DNA of 64,000 nucleotides, from assembly GCA_963924565.1 (NCBI GenBank), contig OZ004609.1, positions 32,240,001 through 32,304,000 of the forward strand. The letters are read 5' to 3'. The position numbers and the translations under genes were made by a program. Source of the DNA: Ascidiella aspersa (lineage: Eukaryota). Under the pieces are notes generated by a model that was not told the origin of the DNA, did not search any database, and saw only the letters and a list, made by a program, of their open reading frames with translations. Of this stretch, positions 34,601 to 46,600 are shown piece by piece (position 1 is the first letter of the stretch; every line of letters begins with the position of its first letter).

Positions 34601-37600
34601 TGAGGGCCCGGGGTGGCACCCAGGGGCGCAGCCGAAATACAAGGGGGTCACATGAGAGGGCGGCTTTGTCACCCCTTTGGGTGTGTGCCCGATAGGGAAT
34701 GCCAACACACAAAAACTCACGCGTCATTAGGTGAATTTTTGCGGTTTGGTTTTCTTGTGAGGTGTATATTGTGTTAAGGATATAGGAATAACGACACATT
34801 TACTTAAATCCGTCGCTTGCTTTTTTTAGGGGAAGTTTGGAATCTTTGTTTTAACTTGTGTAATTTTTTATGGTTAAGCGGGAAAAAAGGAAAAAAAAAA
34901 CTTTATTTTAGGTTATAGTTAAAAAAGGCGAAGCAAGGGCATCTATCTCATTCAACTTTGCCATTCAGTTGTTTTTAATTTTTTTTATAATATGATAAAC
35001 AAAATCGCTATAAAGAGGTCCTTCTCTTAAATTCTTTTATAAATTTTGGAACCGCTGAGTTGAAATCCTTGGCAACCTTGATTTGACTGAAATTTCACTG
35101 AGCTATTTGTATCGAAGAATGGCACAATTAAACTATATTTCATGCAACAAAAGCCCCAAATTGTAACATGCGACATCGGGAACAAGGTGTCATTTCATAA
35201 TAGGTGATGGTTTGGTCGGCGCATGCACAACTGATCCACTACAGAGTATAGTACAAAACAACCCATTATCCTGAATATACAACACTCATCGAGCAGTCTT
35301 ACGCCTCCGCACCCGAAATGGGAACAAAGTTGAAAGGCAGATATCACTTAAGTGAGGCTGCAATGTCGTCATTTTGCCAAAATAGGAGTATTCGGGTAAA
35401 CGCGGGATTTACTTAAGCTTCAGGGTTTGAGTTTGGCGGTTGCAAAATCGATCTGTCATACGAACACGTCGATTTTCCTGGGGCTCTGGCCTTAAAATGG
35501 CTGCGTTGCCGGCCGCAAAAGCGTATTTTGGGAAAATGATCCAAGAAAGTGCCCGCATTCGACACTCAGAAGCAGACAATCCCAGCTATATACGAGTAGG
35601 GTTTGGAGAAGGGTCGCATATTTCAGCTTGTGGCTGCAAAAAGGGAGGCCAAAAATGGAAAAACGTGCACGCCAAAAAAACATATCGTTGCGTAGGATCG
35701 GCGGTCGCATGACTCGACAGAAAACAGAGGACAAGCAAGGCATTGCCTTGTTAAGGGTCGATAAAGAAATGCGTTATGGATGAAACGCATTTACAAACAA
35801 TTTGCTTATTTAAATGCGTATTTTTGCAACTTCACGAAGGTGGGTCAAAAACGGCATGATTACACAGGAATAAATATAGTATTAGTTTAGACCTGTTGTT
35901 GCCAACCTTGGTTGTGGCTTTTTGTTTGACCTAAACACAATGCGTAAGTGTAATAGGGAGATTGGACAAACCAATTCTCTTCACTAAAATTTTATAAGCA
36001 AACAAAAAAGACAAATAGCATAGTTATATTAGAATTTACTTAGGGTGAGCCATCTCATTTTCTTTAGTTTTCCTAAATTTTGAAGTAATAGCTCAGAATC
36101 AACTTCAGTAAACCTAATCATGTGTGACCTACTACAGTCATCGACCCAACCAAATTATACGCCGATCCGATTTTAGCTCGCGGCCCATGGGTTGAGAAAC
36201 ACTGGTTTAGACAAAGAAATATCAACAGCCAAATATAAAAAGCCAACACAACCAAAAATGAATGAAAAACAATAAAGCCCAAAATGCTCTAGTATAGTGT
36301 TTGAACAGGGATTTATTTCCATTGCCGGTCTATCGGCAATGACGTAAACTACCGCAGTCGACAATCCAACCAAATTGCACAGGATTGAGTAACACAGGTT
36401 TACTCAAATAAATAACAACAACCAAAACTATAACTCCAATATGTGTTTGACCAGGCATTTTTGTGCCATTACCAAGTCCACGCAAAAGGCTCAGCATAAT
36501 CTCACCCTGGCAGTGGGCCGCGTTGCATCTTTTCTTTCCTCCATCCACGCACTCGCACACTGTGCAGTTGTCCACGTTCCAAGTGTCACCCACGTCGTAC
36601 AACTTCGTCCCATCGTCGCTGCTGCACATCGGACGCGGGTTGTAGATCGGCGAACCAGGGACTGGCAACAATAAAAATGATTTTTTTTTTCGCGAAAAAA
36701 GACAACCGAAAAAAGGGGATAAAATAAAAATTAAGTAAAACCTAATAAGAATATCAAAGCCCATACAGAAGTAGGTATCATTTTGAACGTTATGATGTTG
36801 AAAAAAAAAAAAAGTTATTCGTTCCAAAATGAAACCTATACTTCTGTATGGGCTTTGATATGATTATTACGTCTTACTACAACCTCCAATCATTTTGCTC
36901 CATAGGTAAAATCTGATTTTAATAAAATAACTAAGTATATTTAAACGACGACCTAAAAAAGTCAAAAGCTAGAAACAGCGTTAAGTTAGAAAGGCGGCGA
37001 TAGGTTTAAAAAATACAAAACTTCAAACGATTACAACGATTTGGTAAATTAAACGATTGCTGAGATAATTTCTCGAAAAACTGCTTCAAACATATTCAAA
37101 GTCCTTAATATTTTTCACCTGAATTTAAAATTCTACTAGAGATCATTGTTTCTTTGTTAGTTTTATAAATTAAAGTAAGTTTCCATCAAGACAAATACAA
37201 CAGCTAAAATAATAAAATAGAAACCTTGTGGTACCATGGCCAAGACACAAAAGAAATAAAAAGTGAAAAACGTCCCACCGCCTTCAATTTCAAGCAAAAA
37301 ACAGTTATACCGACTATAGAAACTCACAGTCGTCGATCACGTCTCCGTCCTGGCAAACCGGGCAGCATTCGTCCGCCTTTCGTATCATTCTGCTACAGGA
37401 GAGGGCGGGACATGGGCGTGGCGTGCAGAGGCTCACCCCGTTCCTACACTCGCACGACCGACATCCCTCGCGATCGTATGTGGTGCCGTGCGTGTGACGC
37501 GTTCCGTTCACGCTGCATCCGGCGTTCACCGGTTCTGAATAAGACACAAGGTTTGACGTTGGAGATTATTTTTTACGCAAACGAATCAGAAAATAACGAT

Positions 37601-40600
37601 AAAATATAGCAATAACTAGCGGTGACTACGATAAAAAGTAGGATTGAAGAGAAATATCACTCACAACGTGCTCTACACACGCAATTACTTACCGCTGGAG
37701 CAGGTGTATACGTCACAGCATGAACCCGGTTTTCCGTCGCCCCTGAACGCCACTTGGGGTCGCTGTACGCCCGAGCAGTTTGGAATCTTGCAACCCGCCC
37801 TGTTGCACTGACACCTGGGGGTAAAAAAAAGAGGGGTGATTTAATTCTTGGGGAGTTTGGGGGTGGACACCCTAAAAAACAGGGCGAACTTATTTGCGCA
37901 ATGTTTGGGTAAATCACAAACAAGAACAAATATATATTTAAAAAATTCTATATCTATAAATATCGTGTATATTTTGTAACAAAGATCGTATTCGAAACAA
38001 AAAAATTGAACAAAAAACAACAGAAACCTATGAGATTGTTTTCGAAAAGCTTAAACTGTAGTGCCACAGTTAATCATTTTTCAAGAAGAAAAAGTTTGCG
38101 AAAAATGCATTTCTTTGACCACTTTGAGGCGTCTTTTCGCAACAATAGTTCTACAAATGACAACAAATTCAACATTTTCCTGTTTTGGAGGGCATTAAAT
38201 ATACGAGCACGCGTGCTCACCCCTTCACAATAACGTTGTAGTAGCAACAGCATCAACAACATCAACAGAAGTGAAACCCAGGTTAAAACAGGTCAAGGCC
38301 CCATTTACGAGGGATTCGCAAAATACATCAAACGCCTCGGCAGATTCGAACAACTCAATCAACAGAGCGTTAGCTTAAACGCGGTTTCCAGGAAGACTGT
38401 ACTCGCGTCAAGGTGTCAGCTCGGGGCCTGGATTTAAGCCGACGTCTTTAGAGGCTAAGGCGCACAGAGCTTGGCGTTTACAGATTGGCGTTTCCTAATT
38501 TTGACGCCTCTCAATAACAAGCGTTGTTGTCGTCTCGTCGGCGAACTTGGAATTCAAAGCCAGGAAGTGGGCGTGTACAGAGATAAAGCATGGCGCTTTG
38601 GAGATTATGTATTTAACTATAACACGCTTTTCATTGATTGGCATATGTGGATTTTTGCCGTCAGTAAGTATTAGGCGAGTTAATTTCGGCTTTGTTGATA
38701 ACTCAACTTGGCATCGCTGTATGAACTTTACCAAATACCAATGACCTACTTCTGTTTAACCAAAAAAACTATTTACAGTATTATCTATACAAGGGGCCCC
38801 TATAACTTTGTGTATAAAAGGCCGGAGAACTGTAAGGATTGAAGATCACGCGGATACAAAATTTTGTTTTAAACAGTGATTCGATTAATACTAAACGACG
38901 AAAACACAAAATTGTTATTTTAAATATTTAATGAGCTTTACAGAACTGTCGCTTTTGTTTAAGATTGTGTAATAGCGATTAACACTGGACAAACATATCC
39001 GTTAATCACGTAATAATACCCGCATTTAAGATCATTAAGGGAATGTATCGCAGGTCGGAGGAATTAATCTTGCGGACCGGATCTTGCTCGCAGGTCGTAG
39101 TTTTGTTATCCTGATCTATAGAGTTAACACAAATGACACCGAATTTGGCTGGAGCCTAAAGTATCCGTAACTTATACAATCCAAAATGCAAAAAATAAAA
39201 ACATAAAGATGTATAGTTACGCTAGAACGAACAAACTGTAGACCTAAAGACTATGTCGTAGCAGGAATATTAAAGCCCATGCATAAGAAGGTATCATTTT
39301 AAACGTTTCAAATAACTCTTTATTCATTTTTACCATAATAAATAATGATTTATTCGAAACGTTCAAAATGCTACCTTTTTCTGTATGGACTTTGATGTTC
39401 TTACTACAACCTCCATAAATAATGGTCCAAAAAAATTCGATTGAAAGTTGAATAACCCACGCGCGGTTAACAGCTATTTCATCAAAGCTTATCCCAAAAG
39501 TTCCCCGAGTACTCCATCCAAAAAGTCGTGGAGTTATTCCAGGCATCCCAGGCCTTATCACCGTTATCGGCCTCTTTCAAGTGTGAGCCGCGCTCACCCA
39601 TCAACAGTAGCGCGCCTCAGCTGCGAAAACACATGTTCCATCAGAACTGAGGGAAAGGGTTTGCAACAATCACAACACGGACCAGATGCCTTTGATATCC
39701 GTGCCAGGCGCCGCAGCGTAAACTACCGTCAAGTCGCAACAAGGCCCAGTTTACATTACACGGCCACTTCGAAGAGCCAGCCCGCTTCAACCTTTGGCAC
39801 GCGTTTTGGGGTTTTTACTTCACATGGACATTTGGGCAAAAGCCTTTTTTTGCCGTATACTCTAAAAAGCTCAAACCGCGGTTCCGGGATGTCCAAGCAT
39901 TTGGTCAATTTAAATTGGCGATTAAATAGAGCCATGTTTTGTAGCAATTTCCCAGCCTTGCTCCTCACTTAAACTGGACTCGCTTCCCCTTCAAATAATT
40001 TCACAGCCGGACCCCTTTTTCCTTATCTGCATTCAAAATGGTCATATCGCGGTTACGTGATTTCCACATCTTGACTAGTTAAATGGGAGACTAGATAGAG
40101 GCGTTTTTGTTGCAATTTCGCATTCTTGCTTCTCGCATAAACGATTTAGTGCTTCTCGTTCTTTGATCGGTTTGCAAAAAAGAGAGACGGTCCCTATATT
40201 TCACAGCCATGTTTTAAACCTTGGCTAATTGTCACATAGTTTCTTTGCCAGGTCTCGTTTCGTTCCATTTTCGTGCGTGGTTCGGTGCATCTTTTCTTTT
40301 TTTGAGTCTGTTAGCTTGATTTAAGATCTATACCAAACCAACCCGGCTGTTTTGCATACCCAGGTTACTTTGCAGTTTTGACAAAGAGAGACTCGATAAC
40401 TAACTTTGAATTGGTCCGAAAACGACACTTGATCATTGGCTTAAAATACACATCCAACCTCCTTTAACTCCACATTCCGACACTGCCATTTTTTCAGCGT
40501 TCGCATTTTAGCCAACTTTCCGACACCAACAAAATCCAGCGAAATGTTTTTAGGCGCTAAAGGGGCCGGATCCGCCAAATCCCCTGGACGGGCGCGAGAA

Positions 40601-43600
40601 AAGGTCACTTGCTTCCCTTCGAAAGTGTGTTTTGGTCGCGGGGCGCATTTCCGCAAATATTTGCGCGGCCTTAGCCCGGGCGACCGCCGAGCCGGGATCA
40701 AAGTTTTCGAGTGGATTTTTAATGGACGGAACCCATTAGCCGCGTGTCGTTGACGCTTGTGGGGGGCCAAAGGGGGTGGGGAGGGGGCGTGGCCACGCGT
40801 GCGACACTGACCCCACGCAAAGCTGGGGTGGGGGCAGTTGAGGAGCAAAGTGACCGTTTTTATGGTGTTTTGTGTCGCGAGCGGACGATTTGAACGCTGC
40901 CGTTTGCTGGAGCGTTTAGTTGACACAGCAGAAACAAGCGGAGTGGAAAAAGAAGTAATATGGAGAAGCGGACACGAATGTAACATCCGACGTTTACTGA
41001 CAGGATGGTAAGAAATACCGATGGATCGTTCGTATAGTTTTAACCAACCGCCATTCCCTAGAAGCCAAGGATTTTTCGTTAAATTGAGAAACGTGCTTTT
41101 TAAAACAAGAAATAAACACGGAATTTACCTGAATTTTTTGCAAAATGAAACTAGCCAAATGACCTAACACCGCACATTTGTTTTATGAATAAACACACAA
41201 TTTTGAAACATTTAAATTCTCATGATTGATCAAAGATTAAAGTCAAGTCGTTTAAAATTCCCTCAACCTAAACAAAATGTTTCCAATTTTTATACTTTTT
41301 ATCTTTGCTGATTAGGATTTTGCTGATTAGGTTCTTTTTACCAAGACGCTCAGACATACAATTGTCAAACTCATCCAAACAACTACACAACAAAAGAAAG
41401 GCGACTTACCGGCTTAAACTACGGCAAATCTTAAGGTAAAAATGTCACAAGCAAATTGTGTACACTCGACTCTACGGAGGTCGCTGGTTCGGGGAGCCAC
41501 CCTCGGTTACTTAAGAAAAGTCGATAAAAGCGACCCGAAGCGGTAAGCATCAAAAACCCGCTGCGCACATAAACAAGGGAAAAGAGAAAGTATCGAGAAG
41601 CGGTCACCGGTCGCTACATAAACAACGCGACGTCGCTGTCGCGTATCGCGTTCAAAGGAGCGTAACCAGGCGTGTTGTGGCAAATGGGGGTGGGGGGTGC
41701 GTGGGTGTCTCTGTGTGTCGCAACCCTGGTCAATTCAAGATGGCGACGGCTTGTTGAAAGACGCGGCATCTTTGTAAGATTGCGTCGGCCTCTTTAAAGT
41801 TTACACAGTGCGGTCGCGACGTTTGTGCGTCTGTCTTTTCGGAAAGCGAACACAAACTTGAGAACAGCGTAGGTGGTCAAACTTGACTAATAAAAAAAGT
41901 TTCGAGAAGAGAATAGAAAAATGTTGTGGGCTAATTAACTTTAAAAACGATTCGTTTAGGGCTTTAATTGTTATTTACAGACGTCAAGTTAATCGCTGGA
42001 TATGCTGAGTGAGTGATATTTTAGTTGAAAAAAAAAATTAAAAAAACAACAACAAAAAAAACAGGTGAAAATTTAGTAAAAAGCTACCAATAAACGAAAT
42101 CATTAAAGGTAAACCAATCCTAAACTTTGATTCAGTTTAGCGAATATCTGAACTATTTGTTTCAGTTTGTAACGGGAACTGTCAGAAAACCAACCAAAAC
42201 TATAGAAAACAGACCATCGCATGCTTATAGATACGTTATACAGATAAAAAAAATATAAATATTTAACAGCGATTCTTGTCAAAGCGGCCTACCGCATTCG
42301 GTAAATTATGCATGCCAGGTTGGGCGCCAGAAACAAGCCCCCTGTCCGCAAATGTGACGTGACGAGAGTTTTTGCTCAAATAAGCCCTTGTTGTTTTTAA
42401 GCACGCGGAGAAGGCGTATGGCGGGCGTATATAACAAGTGGACCGTTTACGAATATCAATAATTTACGAAAAAGGCGAAAAAGGCAATTGAAGCACGCGG
42501 AAATGTTATTGGATTGGATGAGAGGAATTTAATTAAATGAAATGACAGGGGATGTGTTTATCGAAGCAATGCAAAACACACTCTGTTTGATTTTTACATC
42601 GATTTTCTAACGTTTCAGCCGACACCGCCTTCAACAAGCATCCTTAAACCAAATTTTAAGCACAGTCACGGTCGCGTCATTACGCCAGCCATGACGCGGC
42701 AATTTTCGCAATACACGCCAGAAAAAATGTCGGTTATCATTATCACTGGGCAGTTAAAGCTAACGAACCCAGAAATCCGGACTAGCAAACCAAACTTTAA
42801 CCTACCCCCAACAAAAAATTTAGCATATTTGAGGGTGTGTCGCCAGCTAATGTATCCACGACCAGCGGCTCCGGTTCTCTGGCGTGTTGGCCATCAGGGC
42901 GGTCGCCTGTTTACGCACAGGTAATGGGCCGTATCGGCACGCTAACGGCCAGTTTACACGGGACGGGTTTGACGTGGCTAGTCGTCTTCAAGAGCCCGTG
43001 GACCCCTTTTCCTACCCGGGATATTTGAGCTGGTGTCCAGCTTTCGGTTAATTTGTACAAGACAAGTTACAGTGATTGCTTTGAAAAGCGATGAGACCCT
43101 TTTCCTATCAGGGATATTGTGTCTTTTGTCACCCTAGTATCAGTTTAAACTAGTCGAGTTATGTATGTTGCCTTCCGCTTAAGAGATCTATATGGACACG
43201 CAAGGATATAAGGGATGTTGTCCGCGTTTCGGTAAATTGACACAATGCAATTGACAGTGGTAGCTCTAAACAGCTCTGGGAACCCATTATTTTATTCAGG
43301 ATATTGCGTCTTTTTACACTTTATTGTAAGTTTAAACGGGACGAATTTTTCACGTTTTATCCCCTCAAAGTAGGCCCAACGTTTATAGCTATGGCGGCAA
43401 AATTGTGCACCCATCGAAACCATAAAATTTGTGTTAACTCTTTTAAATGTTGTTCCGGCTAATCCTGCCACTAAAAAACACATTTTTTAAAATAGCTGGT
43501 TTATTTGTTTGTTGTATACAAAAACGCTTACGCTTAGCCTGATTTTACACTGAGCTTGTCAGTCGCCTCAACATCCTTACCTAACCTTTCAAGCAGCCGA

Positions 43601-46600
43601 CAACCCAGTAAATCATGTCCGACATCGACCCGACTACATCGGTCTTTACAGCGAGGTTAGAGTTTATGAGGCAACAGGTGTGCAATTTCAACCCTAAAGG
43701 CGAAACAATACACCCCGGGGTGGATTACCGTACACGCGATACCCCGTTCAATGCCTAAAAGGTTTCTCGCAAACGAGGCGGAAAAAGGAGAAAACGATTC
43801 CCGGATCGAAAAGCAACACAATTCGACATCGCGCGCCCTTCCGTTTGTTACGTCACGGAGGCGGGATTGTGTGACTGTAACACGTCACAGTCGCGGGGAA
43901 GGCGCGATTCGGTTCCGACGTCTCAAGTTCCGGGCGACGGGCAACAATGGATCAAAGAAAGGTGTTTTTGCACGCAAATCTCGACCTACGTTACATAGGG
44001 TTGCCACACAATTACATCAAAAAAACTGAAAGACCTAATTTTGGACAATTTTTTCAAAGACAAAAAAAAAAAAAGCTTAAAGATTTGTTTTTTAAACGCC
44101 ACTTTCTAAACACATAATTAAAGCTGAACATGAAACAAATTCAATCAGTATTCGTAGACTTTTTTTTAAAAACAGATTTTATTTTACAAATATGGCAAAC
44201 AATTCAAAGATATTAAAAGATTCGGTTGTTATTTTTTTTCCAATACAGAATACTAAATTGTCGTTGATGATAACTGTAAAATATAGAGTCATTTAACTTG
44301 TTTCATTAATGGGCCGATAATTGTAAGGACTGAAGATCACGGGCCGGATGTAAAATTTTCTTTAAAGTTTTTAAGAAAACATAAATTTTTTTAAAACCAA
44401 AAAAAAACTGTCGTGAGCTTCATGAATTGTTGCTCTTGTTTAAAATTTCATCTGTGCTTTAAAAAACGTTGCTGCATTTTCGTGACAAACAGCCGTATCT
44501 TAGGTAAGTCTGTACAGCCGAATTCGTCATAGTGTGTAATAGAAAATCTATAGCGCAGTCAAAAACGGAAGCATTATATTGAATAGGAGACGACGACCGT
44601 TTTTTCGAGAGAGAGAGAGCTTTATAGAGAGAGAGCTTTATACTACTTATAAGTGGAAAAGTCCGCGACAGTGTAAAGAGTGTCTCAATACAAAGTTTTA
44701 AAGGTTTATTTAGACTGCTTTGTTATATTTATGCCGACATAAGAGCTCTTTTCTCCTTTTTCCCGGGTCCCTGGGAATGTTACCGTGAAAGTATATAGGG
44801 GGGAATATGCAGAGAACCAAAACCGAAACAAGTTATGTTTAAACACACAGAACGCGCATATACATCAACGAAGGGCATACGAGCGGCACAATTGTGTACC
44901 ATTCGCCGTAAAGTCTGGCCAGAAAAACTACAGCTTCGTCCAGACAAGTCCCGAGATACGCTGAATGAATGTTGAACGTCAAACACCTTTGAGGCCAAGT
45001 GCAAAACACTTCTCAGCCTTTCCGTCAAGCTTTTTGGCGAAGTTTTAGAAAAGGCGAGCGATCGCCAAGAAATAACGCTTGCCCGCGAATTCGAAAGCTA
45101 TAAGTGGCCTTTAAGTGGCTTCCAGCGAAAACGCGCGTGAGAAAGCACAACTCGCCTTGGCAGGAATTACGCTAAGCGCTTTTTCGACTTTGATAGGAAT
45201 TTTGTCAGATGGAAGGCGCTTGATTTATAAAGACAAAATTGACTGCGACATATTGATGGTTTGAACAAAGCGCCGAGTACATGGTTTCAAATACGCCAAT
45301 AGGCCACAGTAGGCATTATCGTAGCCCTATTATTGAAATTGACTAATGACTCTGGTAAACTTATTTTAAAAGGTAAGCATTCTGCAATGACAAGAAAAAT
45401 CGATAAAAATATAGCGCTTATCAGAGACATTTTTAAAGTTTTTTTTTTATAACTTTGCTTGTTATCCATTAATCTCGAATTTCGCCGAAAAAAAAAGAAG
45501 GTAAAACTAGAAGAGAAAAACAGCTTAAAGCAAACGCCAGACGTTTTGTTTTTTCTCCAACTCGAATTTGACAAAAAAGGGTAAACTTAGGAGAAAAACG
45601 GCTTAAGCAAACGCCATACCTTCGTTTTTCCCAAAAACTTACTAGCCAGGCGGCAAGACGAGAACGTGCTCACTTTGGAGGCGTGAGTCATATTTTCCCG
45701 GGGATTAATAGGGTATCCCGGTTGAAACCGCGCAAGTAAACATCGGACATTGTCGTGAAAATCTCCTGCTTTGAGGAGGAGATCAAGCGGCTTTACAGTC
45801 CCTGTGATGTCTTAACGTCACTTTGTAATCGCAAACTTCCGAAGAAGAAGTCTCATGTTGTTAAGCGCTCACCATCAAACACAAAGGTTTTTTTCGCGCT
45901 GGACAAAAGTTGAAAAAACACCGCCTAAGTAAACTGCGGCCATTTGGGTACGCACGCACAAAGGGGTAACCACCGATTTTTTTCGTTTTTTTCAGGTAAG
46001 CCGCGACCGTCGCGACGCAAGGCGTATCTAATAAAGCGAATTACCTAATCGCCCCTACGAAACGAGCAAACCTCGTATCTGTGTTTTCATCGGCCATCGA
46101 AAGAACAGCGGCAAGGATACGAGAAAACGCGCTATCGAGTTTCGCTCGTTAAAGACCGCTTTTCGGCGAGCTCGAGCAAGGGCCGACGCGTGTAATTTAA
46201 AATACTTGGTTTCCGTATTGCATTTTTCTCAAAGCACGATGCTTCTTGTAGTGTCCGGAAAGACTCATCGGCCAGTGTATAGCCGGGCCAGGTTACATGG
46301 CTAGCCAACTTTAGGTGGCTTGTTCAACTTGCCTAGTTTACGGACTGCTTCTAAAGATGGCCGGCGCTTCTTCTTCTTTGTTGGGTTACAGGGCGGATAG
46401 AAAGGTAGACCTGGTTTCAAAGTAGCTATGCAGCTGGCCTCAAATGCAGGCGTTCATTTTATTATACTGTAAACATTTTGCCTTCGTGAAATGAAAAAAA
46501 ACGGCCAGGATTCCTTATTAGGGTAAACCTGGCCCTATTACGTGGCGTGTTTTTAAAGCATACGGGTCTAGTGAAAGCGGGTTAGTTTTTTTGAAGGGGG

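Noticed and set aside
36330-36505. Read-through of the vWC2 exon giving a hydrophobic stretch (IGVIVLVVVIYL), suggesting a short membrane isoform
   Set aside because: The hydrophobic run is short, and the DNA is a degenerate duplicate of the adjacent MITE end and flank (about 36130-36330). A strong donor is present at 36505.
39448-40986. Long intronic ORFs (174 aa, 181 aa), and similarly 60287-60850 (187 aa)
   Set aside because: Mostly non-ATG starts, no recognisable domain, low-complexity composition; expected by chance in GC-richer DNA
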